From NCBI GenBank assembly GCA_044892525.1, contig CM097886.1, forward strand, positions 13,578,001-13,642,000: 64,000 nt of DNA, in the 5' to 3' direction. The translations under genes were made by a program, and so were the position numbers. The notes below the pieces were generated by a model. That model saw nothing but the letters and a program-made list of their open reading frames with translations. It did not search any database and was not told the DNA's origin. Origin of the DNA: Schmidtea polychroa. Taxonomy: Eukaryota. Shown piece by piece: positions 22,330 to 34,074 of this stretch. Position 1 is the stretch's first letter. Every line of letters begins with the position of its first letter.

Positions 22330-24795
22330 TTACAAGTAAAAGAGTCTATTTCTAATTCTTTCATTAATGATAACTGGATTAGATCCTTTGTGTACCTTTC
22401 CAACTAACTCGGCCAATCTATGGGCATAATGCACTGGAACTGGAACTCGAATAGTCCCCATCCAATTGAAATACAAATGGGTCAGGGCATAAGTAATTCT
22501 TTGTAACTCATTCGGTGAGATAGGTTCCCTAGTTCCTTTCTTTGTAATCAAGCGAGTATCTTCGAGGACATTATAATTTGTTGGAGTTGCAGTTCCTCTA
22601 GTTGTTCTTTGTGACACTAAGAAAAATTCATAGAAATTTGGTTTGACAATTTCTTTATCAACAATAGTTCCAGGATTTGGATTATTTCCTCTGTTGAAAA
22701 GTTTCGTTCCAATTCTCTTCTTTACGATGACATAAATAATTTGAGGAGGAGGAAACCCGTTATTCTTGTATATATCCTCAATTAACTGCTTCATCGCTTC
22801 CACTTCAAAATTCTTGGTGAATTGAAGTTGGTTATCTCCAACCCCATCTCTATATACCAGTATTCTTTGAGGCAAAATGTCAAATTGTTTCTTGAAATAT
22901 CCTAATGCTGAACCGAAATTTTTGCCAAGAGTCTCATAGAATTCTTGACGCCCTTTTGGTGAATTGACAAAGCTCAAATATTGAGTGAAGGATTCGTTGG
23001 CGGAGAAAACAGAAGCTTGGATTGATTTCTTGCTAGACTTGTTGTGATATGTATCTATACCTACAATCATAGTTGGCCTTAACTTGAGTACGACAGTCCA
23101 AGGGTCATATCCAAATTTGGCAAAGATTTGCATCACGGTTTTACTTGAAACAACTTTTCTTCGTTTATCATTTCTATTAGTAGCATTTCGTGTTGTTACA
23201 CACTGCGTTAACAGGCCAGTACTCATGGTGAAGGATTTGACCTTGGCGTATATTCTGTCATCTGGCACGAATACCAAAGCCATTTTTGCACATTCACTGG
23301 CACTTGCTACTGAATCATTCAAGCATCTTTCCACCTCATTTGGACCGCATGTATTCACTCGTCCAACTCTTGCGCTAATTCGCATATTTTTCAATTCATA
23401 TTCCACATCATTGATGAAGTTCTTATATTGGAAATCATTCCTGTCAACAATCACAACGTCAATTTCGTGTTTACGATCCCGTTTGATATCGAATTGAACT
23501 CGCCCGAATTTCCAGTCGTCTGCCATTTTTTCATTAATTTTGCAACCGCCACTTATTACATCAGCTCCCGGTAACTCTCTGCCCTCCATTTCTAAGGGTC
23601 TGTTGTCAATCTTTAGTTGCCATTTATTACACATTCCGTTAGCTACATCATTGTTCTTTATCCAATTACAATAAGCAGGGATATCATCTAATCTTTCACG
23701 GGGTTCTCTTTTTAAAACACCCCCCAAATTCTTCTGCAAGTCCATATTTGATTTCTCTTGATCGGAAAATCCACATAAGAAACACAATTCACCTGGAATA
23801 TTCAGAGTCATATCTTTATCTTCACGAGCTTCACTTTCATTTTTTACTTCTTCACCTTTTCTTCTTTCTCGACGTACTAGTTTTTTTACTCGTGTAAGAA
23901 CAAAAGGTTGCTCTTTTTGTGATAACCGAATGTTATAACGTTCTTTAAAATATTCAGCATACGATAAAGTTCTACCGCTCATCTCAAACTTCTCGTCCAC
24001 ACTCATTTCTTTAATTTCACTTATGCGGTAGGTCTTGTTATTGTATTTAGTAATGATGTCTCTTCCTATCAGTTGATCAATGCTTCGCCTGTTATAAGAT
24101 TTCATAACAGAGTTATCGTTCAAAACTCGGTTAATACGTTCAATGTATAGAAGAGTAGTAAGTTCACCACTTGGTTTTGTTCCTCTTTGTAAAGTAGTTC
24201 CGAAACCTCCAAGAACTTTGAAACTATTAGTTTCAAAAAAGGTCGGGCCAGAATTACGTGGTACATCCTCTTTCTTGATGTTCGGACTTAAAAAATATCC
24301 CTTTCCAATTCTTTCCTGGCCCAACATGATTTGCAAGTTGTTTAATAATACATTAACCATTTGATAATATTCTTCAGTTTCTGGAAGGATGCTTGATACC
24401 AATCGTAATGTCATTCTTTTCTCACCGTCACTAAATTCTTGTATATCAGATTCACCATGCCATTTTCCACTGGTAAATAATCTCCTTCCATCAAAGCAAA
24501 AGGCTCCTGGTAATTGAAATTTCCTACAAATCCGGACAATGAATTGCAGTTTAACTTTAGGTGACATTCCGACTTGTGAGAAAGCCGAATCATACATCAT
24601 ATACTTTTCTGAGCGCATCACTGAAAATTGTGAAAAATTAGATTGCAATTTGACAACTCTTCCCAAATCTCCGAATTTCTCAACGAGTTCAGCTGGTTGC
24701 AAATTCGGTTCGACAACCCTAAATGTTCTCCTTAATCCACCTCGACTACCCATTCTAGCAGTCGCTTCAGCTCTATTTGATTCGTTTGTAGTCAT
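22330..24795 (-). CDS. piwi: PIWI-clade Argonaute, 821 aa, single exon
   Basis: PAZ (LIGRDIITKYNNKTYRI...YAEYFKERYNI...QPF), MID (YAKVK, TQCV, KTVMQIFAKFG..PW) and PIWI domain with D (IVGIDTYH), E (RQE), D (VYRDGVGD) and H (HYAHRLA). C-terminus NRLFYL. Confidence 0.97.
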   Translation of the reverse strand: MTTNESNRAEATARMGSRGGLRRTFRVVEPNLQPAELVEKFGDLGRVVKLQSNFSQFSVMRSEKYMMYDSAFSQVGMSPKVKLQFIVRICRKFQLPGAFCFDGRRLFTSGKWHGESDIQEFSDGEKRMTLRLVSSILPETEEYYQMVNVLLNNLQIMLGQERIGKGYFLSPNIKKEDVPRNSGPTFFETNSFKVLGGFGTTLQRGTKPSGELTTLLYIERINRVLNDNSVMKSYNRRSIDQLIGRDIITKYNNKTYRISEIKEMSVDEKFEMSGRTLSYAEYFKERYNIRLSQKEQPFVLTRVKKLVRRERRKGEEVKNESEAREDKDMTLNIPGELCFLCGFSDQEKSNMDLQKNLGGVLKREPRERLDDIPAYCNWIKNNDVANGMCNKWQLKIDNRPLEMEGRELPGADVISGGCKINEKMADDWKFGRVQFDIKRDRKHEIDVVIVDRNDFQYKNFINDVEYELKNMRISARVGRVNTCGPNEVERCLNDSVASASECAKMALVFVPDDRIYAKVKSFTMSTGLLTQCVTTRNATNRNDKRRKVVSSKTVMQIFAKFGYDPWTVVLKLRPTMIVGIDTYHNKSSKKSIQASVFSANESFTQYLSFVNSPKGRQEFYETLGKNFGSALGYFKKQFDILPQRILVYRDGVGDNQLQFTKNFEVEAMKQLIEDIYKNNGFPPPQIIYVIVKKRIGTKLFNRGNNPNPGTIVDKEIVKPNFYEFFLVSQRTTRGTATPTNYNVLEDTRLITKKGTREPISPNELQRITYALTHLYFNWMGTIRVPVPVHYAHRLAELVGKVHKGSNPVIINERIRNRLFYL

Positions 24796-25116
24796 TTGTA
24801 AAACTAAAAATATAAATAATATATTTACTGAATTTAAACAAATTAATTTAAATATTTGTTTATATTAATAAACTTTGAAAATATTTTTACTATTAATTAT
24901 TTTCAATAAAATTTAAAATTGAAATTATTTTTTTAAATTATTAGTGAAATTTTTTAATTAATTTAAATTAATTCAATTCTTTGATAATTTAATAATCGCG
25001 ATGTTTAAATTACATTTTTGCTTTTATTTTGATATTTTAATCTAGATAAATTAAAAAAGTAATTAATAGTTGCAAATCAGTTAAATTTTATAATTATTTT
25101 AAATTTTTAAAAGTTA

Positions 25117-25709
25117 AAAATTTATAAGTGTCTTTAAGCAAAAAATTAATATGTAAACTTTATTTGTAATGATAAAAACCGAAATATTAATTATTTAATC
25201 AAAATGTTATATTAAATATTTTATAATTAAAAAAAGTTTAAAAAAATTTATGAAAAAAAAATTAAATTAATTTATTTAAATTTACTTCATAAAAATGCTT
25301 TATTGTTCAAATATGTAAAAGTTTATTTTTATTATTGTTAAGAAGTGACAATGATAACAAATATTATTCTCCAAGATAAATAACAAATATTATTCTCCAA
25401 GACATGCTATTATATTGCTATTCATTGCATAATATCTAAAAATGGAATATATTTTATTAGTAATTATTGATATAGAATACTTGCAAACACACACATACAT
25501 AAAAATTTATAAGTGTCTTTAAGCAAAAAATTAATATGTAAACTTTATTTTTAATTATAAAAACCGAAATATTAATTATTTAATCAAAATGTTATATTAA
25601 ATATTTTATAATTAAAAAAAGTTTTAAAAAATTTATGAAAAAAAAAATTAAATAGATTATTGTTCAAATATGTAAAAGTTTATTTTTATTATTGTTAAGA
25701 AGTGACAAT
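25117..25709. repeat. Direct duplication of about 210-235 bp (25117-25352 and 25501-25709) upstream of PIWI
   Basis: Both copies start aaaatttataagtgtctttaagc and end ttaagaagtgacaat. The spacer carries a short duplication taacaaatattattctccaaga. Confidence 0.85.
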
Positions 25710-25719
25710 TGTAACAAAT

Positions 25720-26830
25720 TGAATTAAAGTAAATTAAGGTCTAAATTAAGTAAATTAGGGATTCAAATTTTTTATTTTAAGTAAATTAAAGAAATCAACT
25801 ACTTCAAATAAGTAAATTAAGGTTCAAAATTTTACTTTAAGTAATCAATGGTCAAATATTTTAAATTAAAGTTAAAGAAGTAAATTTAAGAAAGATTTTT
25901 AAATTTATTAAGAAAAAGTTAGAATAATAGTCGGTGTTTGAGAATTGATATTTTTTAATAGAAATTTTTATGAAATAATTTTCAATGTTAATTTTAGATG
26001 CAAATCTCTGTGAATTAATCACTGACCACATGAAATTATTGGTTAAATATGTAAATATAGGTTATATTTGGTTATTAAGTAAATTACGGTGTAAAATGTT
26101 AAATTAAGTAATACAAGGATAAATAGGTAAATTATGGTCCAAATTAAAGTTAATTAAGGTTCAAATTATTTAATTCAGTATACAATGGTCTAAAAAATTA
26201 AATTAAAGTTAAATAAGTAATATAAAGTAATAATTTTTAAATTTATTATCAAAAGATTGAATAACCACCAACTTTTTTGAGAAATTTAATTTTTAATAAA
26301 AGTTTTAATATAAATTTTTTTAATTTAATTTTAAATGTAAATTTTTTTTAAGTAAATTTTAATGGAATAATTTTTAACGGAAATTTTAATGAAATAATTT
26401 TCAAAGACAAATTTAATTGAAATTTTTTTTGAAATATTTTTCAAAGTAAATTTTAGATTGAAATTTTTATGAGATATTTTTCAATGTTAATTTTAGATGC
26501 AAATCTTTGTGAATTAATCATTCACTACATGAAATTATTGGTTTTATATAAAAATAGTTGTTAAGTAAATTATAGTGTAAAATTAAGTAAAAAAGAGAAT
26601 ATAAATTAAGAATAATTAAGTAAATTATAGGTTCAAAATTTTAAATTTAAATTAAATAAGTAAATTAAAGTAAGATTTTTAAATTTTTTAACAAAAAAGT
26701 TAAAATAATAGTCAGTGTTTGAGAAATGAAAATTTTAAATGGAAATTTTTATGAAATAATTTTTAAAGTCAAATTTAAATGAAAATTTTTATGAAATATT
26801 TTTCACAGACAAATTTAAATGCAAATTCTA
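25720..26830. repeat. Very AT-rich degenerate satellite-like block
   Basis: Recurring aagtaaatta(a)g and (g)aaattttt(a)atgaaata motifs, plus a larger repeated block (attttagatgcaaatct.tgtgaattaatca at about 25990 and about 26490). Confidence 0.65.
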
Positions 26831-27489
26831 ATGATAATAATAATGTTGGGTTTTGGATTATTTCAAGTCGGTTCTCTCTGACTCCTAGTGTTCTTTAAAT
26901 CAAAACAATGAACGACCCAACGTATATTGAAACAACAGGCTCACAATTTATTATCACGCTACAATTACTGATCAAAGTTTTATATGATTCTCCGCTCGGC
27001 ATTGATGCTCTGCAAACAAATAATATTCACCTTTTAATATTCTCCTTTTGATTCTCTTGACTCTCGTTTTCCTCGGTTTCTGTTTGGTTTGATTCCTTTT
27101 CACCTTTCCGTACTCTTAATTCTATTTCTTCTTTTCCCTACTTTCCCTAATTCATCTACCAGCTTTTCCTACAGTCTAATTCTTCGAACCTTAGCTGAGG
27201 CAAAATGCCGATTTTCTCTGATTTTCCCTTTGCTTATATACTCCTCGAAATCAGGATGACAAATGGTTATTGCCGAGCCAATTTTTCGTTTGACATTTGC
27301 TCCTACTTATTTGCTTCGGCTGTCACCCATAATGGTCCAACGAATCCAGATAATTAATGGCCCTACCGGTCTTCCTACGTGCGCTATCTTCTCCTTACTC
27401 TTTTCCCATTATCATTGTGTCAAGCTAATGGGCCCAAATCTTCCTTTTGTTTGCTTTTCTTCTTGTTTACCCAGCTCGGATTTCCTTTA

Positions 27490-27562
27490 TCTCTTGGGTT
27501 CTCCATTGGCTCGGGTTTCCCATTAGCTCGGGTTTTCCATTAACTCGGGTTTTCCATTAGCC
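27490..27562. repeat. 17-bp unit array (cattagctcgggtttcc)n, about 4 copies, within a dispersed repeat
   Basis: The same unit recurs at 44102-44220. Confidence 0.8.
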
Positions 27563-30529
27563 AATTAATTAATTAATTAACATTTTCTGTTTTCATACAT
27601 TTGAATGTTTTTCGACCCTTCTAACCATTTTCTGATAAATCCCTAACCATCATCTTGTTGACCATTAGCTAATCTATACCTGTCCCGTTTTTCCTATTCG
27701 ATTTCGATGATTTTTCCATTTATTGATTTTTCTCGGATTTCCGGATTCTTGCCTTTCGTAATTGCTTTTGGCATTTTCTAATACTGTTTCCATCACACTT
27801 TCCTTTACTATTGATTCTGTGCGCGATCCCGCTTTTATTTGTCTTTTTTCTTCGCTTACTTTCTATTTGAATTATTATCCTGAATTTTATTTAAATTTTT
27901 AATTTTAATTTACAGACCTCAACAATAATAAAATAATAATAATAATCAAAATAATAATTACAATAGTAATAATAATTCAAAATCCAAGTACTCGCAGCAA
28001 TGAAGTCCTTACAACCAACAAATTATTCTTCAAAGTATTTTATCAAATGATTTTTAAATTAATTTTTTTATTTGTCTTCAAAAATATATTTAAATACAAT
28101 CAGTTGAAAAACACTTCCTAGATGTCTAAATTTAACAAAAATGATGATTTTCGTCAAAAATAAATAATTGTCAACCATTTTAAAACACCACATGGAATTG
28201 AAAATAATTTAAATAAAATTGCAATGAAAGACTATTGAATTCTAATTCTAATTTATAAAAATTTCGAACCCAATTCAAATACGGTAACCCATATTTTTAA
28301 ACTTGCTTTGATTATATGAGATTCTTTATGAGATTCTGTTTATTCTAAACAAATGATATAGAGAAATGCCTAGCAAATTTTACTAACTGTATAATACATT
28401 TCGAAACTTAGAGGGTTAATGAATATCTTTCATTATATTAATAAAATTACAAAGGTTAAAAGTTTTACAATATTTACAAACTTAAAATAAATATTTAGAT
28501 AATAATTGCTTTATTCATGTCGGGCATTATCGCATATTTATTTTTTAAACTAATAACTTTCTTTATTTTTTATTGTTATTGTTTGAATAATTACCAAATT
28601 TATATCAAGATATTTTTTCAACATAATCATTATTTCAAAATTTAACTTTTAAATTAAAGTTAATTGTTTAAATACAATTTTTAATGTTATTTTAATTGAA
28701 AATGTATAGTTGTATATAATATGCTATCACTCGGTTAATAGTAACATTTACAGATGGAGAGGAAAATTTCTGAAAATTCTGAAGGAAATTTACAAGGTAA
28801 ATAAAACATTTTTATTTTCATTTGCATCTAATAATAACTTATAAACTAACTAGTTTTAGTTTTCATAACCTGCAAATAATTGAAAAGTATTTTAACATTT
28901 CTTATTAATTCCACTTTTTTCAACTAATTTATAAATTGAACTTATTTAAAAGTGATTAAATTCGTTAATATTTCAATTTTTTGTTCATATATGAGTAAAA
29001 TAGAACTAAATTAGGACATGTTTTAGCAATAATTGTTTTAGACTTTATTTAATATTTTTCAATTCTGTCAGATTAATAATTTATCAAGTTAATGATTATT
29101 GTATATATTTAATTTTTGTCAAAGCTTTATTAATAAACAAGAGGTAATTTGATTCTTGTTCATTGCTGTAACAATATTTCGTTTAACTCTTCTATATTTT
29201 CTGCTTGAAGTATTGCCATAGAATCTCTTGGTGTGCATCTGATATAAGTTTGCAAATTGCTATTTCCAATTCATTTCTCGATGGTAAATATTAGGAATCT
29301 ATCTCATGTTATGATCGCTATTTATGATCGCCTATTTCTATTACACGTATAATAGATGCGTTGCACATGTAAACCGTGCTTGGTCTGTGTGTTGCACCAT
29401 TAGCATTTGTTATTGTGATTTTCACGGTTCGCATGATCAACTGTTGGAGCATTTAATGCTTGTAATGTGTTCCGAGATCGATACAATTGTGCTATGTGAC
29501 GGGTGAATGTTGTTCCGGGACAGGATTAAGCTTGTTTGTGTTGTGAATGCTTCAGATGGTAATTAATCAATATTTCCCGTGCGTTGCCGTGCCATTTCTC
29601 ATTAATTTGGCTACGGATAACTTTGTGCCGATGAGAGCCGATTGATATTATTAGTTGGTAACGGTGAATTTTCAGATAGGATGGATGTCAAAAGGGATAA
29701 TCGGTTAGAGTGAGATGGGGCGGGACGGGAGGGCGAGAGGTTAGCTGTGACCAAATGAAGCGCAGATGGATAAATTGGCCTCCTATAACAATCAGATAGA
29801 TAAAATCCCCCGGAACTGATATTAGTTGCGATGGTCACTCACCCTGGAATGCGTTTGTGTGTGTTAATGCAGTTCATTGGTGGGATTTGGATAACTATTT
29901 CAGCGCTATAATAAACTAATTAGCAATGCAAATGGGCCAGAATTTACCATAGTTACCTTTTAGGCAAATATGCACAAGCTGAAACAAGTTTATCTGGTAA
30001 ACAGGCAACATTAAATGCTCCCTATTGACAATCCTTAGCCCTTCATCCTTGTATCCAGGCATATATATTCATCACTTGTTACATTTCTTGATATTCAGCT
30101 TATCTTCCCTTTCAGCTGAGATCTGTTAATGCAAGATTTATATAATTTAATCTCGTTCACCCCCAGCCGTTCCGATTGTACCTGTACTCTCCTTCCGTTA
30201 GCCTTTGTCCGTAAGCACGCATTCAAATGCCTGTCAAATCTACCTTGATCAATGATAACAACAAAGATCGATATTCAATAATAACAATTTCCAATCGAAT
30301 TGCGATCCGCTAAATCAACTAATCCGAATACAAGTGAAATAAAAAAAATTTTTAAATTTTTATAATTATTTTTATGTTGTTGCTAAAGTTAAAAATTAAC
30401 ATTCAATTCATTTTACACCTTCATAATGATCAATGTTCCCCTCTGCTGGCACCTTGGTGTCGATACTAATTAGTAAGGCAGTCCCTTTTGTACGTTACTT
30501 ATACCGATTGGTCAAGCATGTTCAATATG

Positions 30530-30785
30530 CTCTCTGCTATCTTCATGTTTCTGATCCGCTGCTCTCTGCTGTCTTCATGTCTCTGATCCGCTGCTGTCTT
30601 TATATTTCTGATCCGCTGCTGTCTTTATATTTCTGATCCGCTGCTCACTGCTGTCTTCGTGTTTCTGATCCGCGGCTCTCTGCTGTCTTCTTGTTTCTGA
30701 TCCGCTGCTCTCTGCTGTCTTCTTGTTTCTGATCCGCTGCTCTCTGCTGTCTTCTTGTTTCTGATCTTCTGCTGTCTGATCCGAT
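30530..30785. repeat. 32-bp minisatellite (gtttctgatccgctgctctctgctgtcttc.t), about 8 copies, some shortened to 25 bp
   Basis: Visible tandem array just 5' of the DCAF8-like exon. The period is not a multiple of 3. Confidence 0.9.
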
Positions 30786-30962
30786 GATTTAACAACGTAT
30801 TTATAGAGATAATGGTCTGTATTCTTTCACTGTTAGATAGCTCAACTACCGATAGAAATAATTCTACTGATTAAATTCGTAACGGAAATATCAAAATAAT
30901 TGAATGTCACATTTTGTCCCTGCTGAAATGTTGACTGATTTATCACTATAATTAAGTAATCA

Positions 30963-33900
30963 ATGAATTTCTATCAGATATTTTCTCATTCAGGATCAAG
31001 CTTTGGGAATTTGTCAAGGAAGCTGAATAATGATCGGGAGGACGGGAGCAGTGAGGAGGAGGAATCATTTAAGAGTTGCGCTGAGTTGATTGGTGTACCT
31101 CATGAGAAGTGTGTAAATGAAGAGGAAGAAGAAAAAAAACCGGAAGAGGATAATGGTGGGCCCCCGGAAGCCATGGCAACAACAATTGCATATCCGCCTG
31201 ATGCGAGTGATGATTCAGATAATACATTCAGTGAGAATGAATCAGAGGAAATCTATTACAGCGAGATAGAGAACAATGAGAACGACAGCGATATCAGTAA
31301 CCCTGGTAACGAGAATATTTCCACCAATCCCAGTGAGATCGAAATATCCTTCCAGCGAGAATTGCTTAATTATCTCGGATCATTTTTCAACGTTGAATCG
31401 CGATACCGCGTGCGGGAGAACCAATCAACTGTCAATGTCACCGAGGAACAGCTGGGCGAGTACGAGAGGCTACGGAAAAAGGTGAACAAGAACCTGAAAG
31501 TGTTAGGCATTGGTAACAGCAAAGATTTGGCAAGCAGCGAGCAAAACGTGGCCAGGAATCTTTATTACTTGTTGGCTGCCAGGGAGCGTGGGGATTGGAC
31601 TAGTTGCCGCCGGTACTCGCGGGTTGTTCCGATGTGGTCGTTTGAGAGACGTGGGAAAGTGGCAACTGGTGGGACAGTAGCATCGGTGAGGAGGGTGGCT
31701 CAATCTGATGCCGTGGAAATGGACGAGGCTGAAAGACTCGGTGAAGAATCAGCGGTTGCCATGGATACCGAACCGATATCGGAACAAGCCGGCAAGGGGA
31801 CAGGGTCTCCTGACCAGACAACCAATTGCAATGATAACTCGGAATCAGTGGCAGCAACTATCGATAGGAAGCAGCGAAATAAATTGACACCCGAGATTGG
31901 CCAATCAGCGCAGCGCATTCGGGGGGAAGTGGGGAACAAGAGAAAACGACTGGAAAGCGAGATCAAGGAAGAGGAGGACGCAGAACTCGATGAAGAATCA
32001 GAGAAGATGGTGGAAGTGTTGACGTGTGAGCGGGTGCAACGGAACGGTGCCTGGGACATCAGGAGTGCCGTTTATGGCAGCCGATGGTCAGTCCGTCGGT
32101 TGGGGTTGGAAGCGCGGTTCAATGCGCACGAAGGTTGCGTGAATGCCCTCGATTTCAGCAGCAGTGGCAACTGGATTGCCAGCGGCAGTGATGATCGGCA
32201 CATCGTCGTTACCGATTGGCAACAGAAGGCCCAATTATCCCGATTCAAGGTCGGGCACTCTAGCAACATATTCCAAGTGCGGTTCCTGCCCGGTAGCAAC
32301 GACCTTGAGCTAGTATCATGCAGCCGGGACTCAACTGTCCGCTACGCCGCCCTCTCCTCCACAGGCCAGAATCAATACAGCCGCCTGTTGACCCGCCACA
32401 AGGACAGTTGCCACAAAATGGATGTTCCTATTGACCAGCCCTGCCTGGTGATCAGCGCTGGTGAGGACTGTCGCGTACTCGGGTCCGATGTCCGAGCGCC
32501 ATACACAGTCAATAAGGTCTGCACGGTCGATAAGGTTCCCCTGTACACGATCTCCTGTAACCCGATACGGAGCCAGGAGTTCGCGGTGGCTGGCAAGGAC
32601 AGTCGGGTATATATCTATGACCGCAGGAAATCCAATGAGCCGTTGCATCATTTGTGCCCAGAGAATTTATCCACCAAATCACATAGCACCTATCACGTGA
32701 CATCGGTGGCCTATAGCAAGAATGGCGAGTCTGTATTGGCCTCCTACAATGATGATGATATTTACCTACTATCGGTTTGGCCTAGATCCGCTGAACCAGT
32801 CGCACGCCATCGCTATCAGGGCCATCGGAATGTCCAAACGGTCACCGGAGTGTCATTCTATGGGCCTCAGGATGAGTACGTTGTCAGTGGCAGCAATGAT
32901 GGGCACGTGTTGCTATGGGAGCGCGAGAGTGAGGCATTGGTCAACTGGTTTCGTGCTGATGAGAACGAGGTTGTCAATGTATTGGAGCCTCATCCATTCA
33001 TGCCGATACTGGCCACCGCAGGACTTGATCACGACATCAAGTTGTGGAGCATGTTGGCAGCAGATGGCCAACTAGATAGAGTGCTTCCATTGGACCAGCC
33101 GTTGTTGGAGCGGGACGCAGAGACATCAAGGATCGATTACGCGTGGAGGAAACTGGATGAGGAAGTTGGTATTGCTGTTGAGGATAGCGCTTGCAATGTG
33201 CCGTTCAATTTGCGCAATCTGAAAGTGGTGAGATCAAACATTTCCATGTAGACATTCCCTCTGACAATTGGCTTTATTCTAGATCACAGCGCTCAATTGG
33301 AAGATGCGAGATGAATCCTATCCATATTCGATCGATAACAATCTTGATAATTTGGTAAGATGATGTGCTGTATCATTTCATGTATATTTCATGTATATAT
33401 TCACGATCTCGTGTTAGCTTTTTGGTTCCATTTTTGGTTACCTAGGCCCTGGAACAACTCTATCTACCGTTGGGGGATTCTATCGATAATATAATTTGCT
33501 AATATATCCATTATTCGTTTCCTTACTGATTAACTTACAAATTTTCAGTCGCGCGTCGTGCCGGGTTATAAAGGTGCCTAATCAATAAATCGATAAGTTA
33601 GTTACCCAAAATAATATCAAAAGGTTTGCGGAAGGTCTGTCAGTGACATGGTGAACCCGTTAGTTATTATGATAAATTGCCCATAATGCGCTTCCCGCCA
33701 TGTATATACATATATTTTTTACCGGTTGCCATGGGCAACATGGCCTACCTACCCGCCCATCCGCTGGCAATCCCCTGGCCAATAAAGTCTCTAGCATTTG
33801 CTTATTATAATCACCATATGTTCGACATACTTAGTTGCTCGCTGACCTGCAGATATTCATGAGCCGCCGTCGTCATGGTGAAAATCAATTTCGAGGCATC

Positions 33901-34074
33901 TTCATCAGTGACAGTGACAGTGCAGATTCCTACGACAGTATTCCCGATCTAAATGAGAATGCAAATGTTCCTGGAAGCTCTGATCACAACCCTCGGCATT
34001 CATCTGGCAGCGCTCCACATTCGACCCGCGATCCAGGAGACCTCAATCGACCAGACGGATGCCGCTCCTCATGA
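30963..34074 (+). CDS. DCAF8: DCAF8/WDR42A-like WD40 protein (CRL4 substrate receptor)
   Basis: Acidic N-terminus and LAARERG helix. WD40s HEGCVNALDFSSSGNWIASGSDD, GHSSNIFQVRF, YQGHRNVQTVTGVSFYGPQDEYVVSGSNDG and VNVLEPHPFMPILATAGLDHDIKLW. A probable last exon at 33852-34074 ends CRSS. The true start is probably upstream of an acceptor near 30993. Confidence 0.88.

Noticed and set aside
22330-24795. Prokaryotic Argonaute defence operon
   Set aside because: The protein has eukaryotic PIWI-clade signatures, and the neighbours are spliced animal genes.
29355-29550. Alternative genetic code (TAA/TAG read-through) suggested by a hydrophobic frame with in-frame TAA
   Set aside because: PIWI, AJM1 and the UBA-UBX-LRR gene end at TAA, TAG and TGA exactly where homologues end, and their long ORFs have no internal stops.
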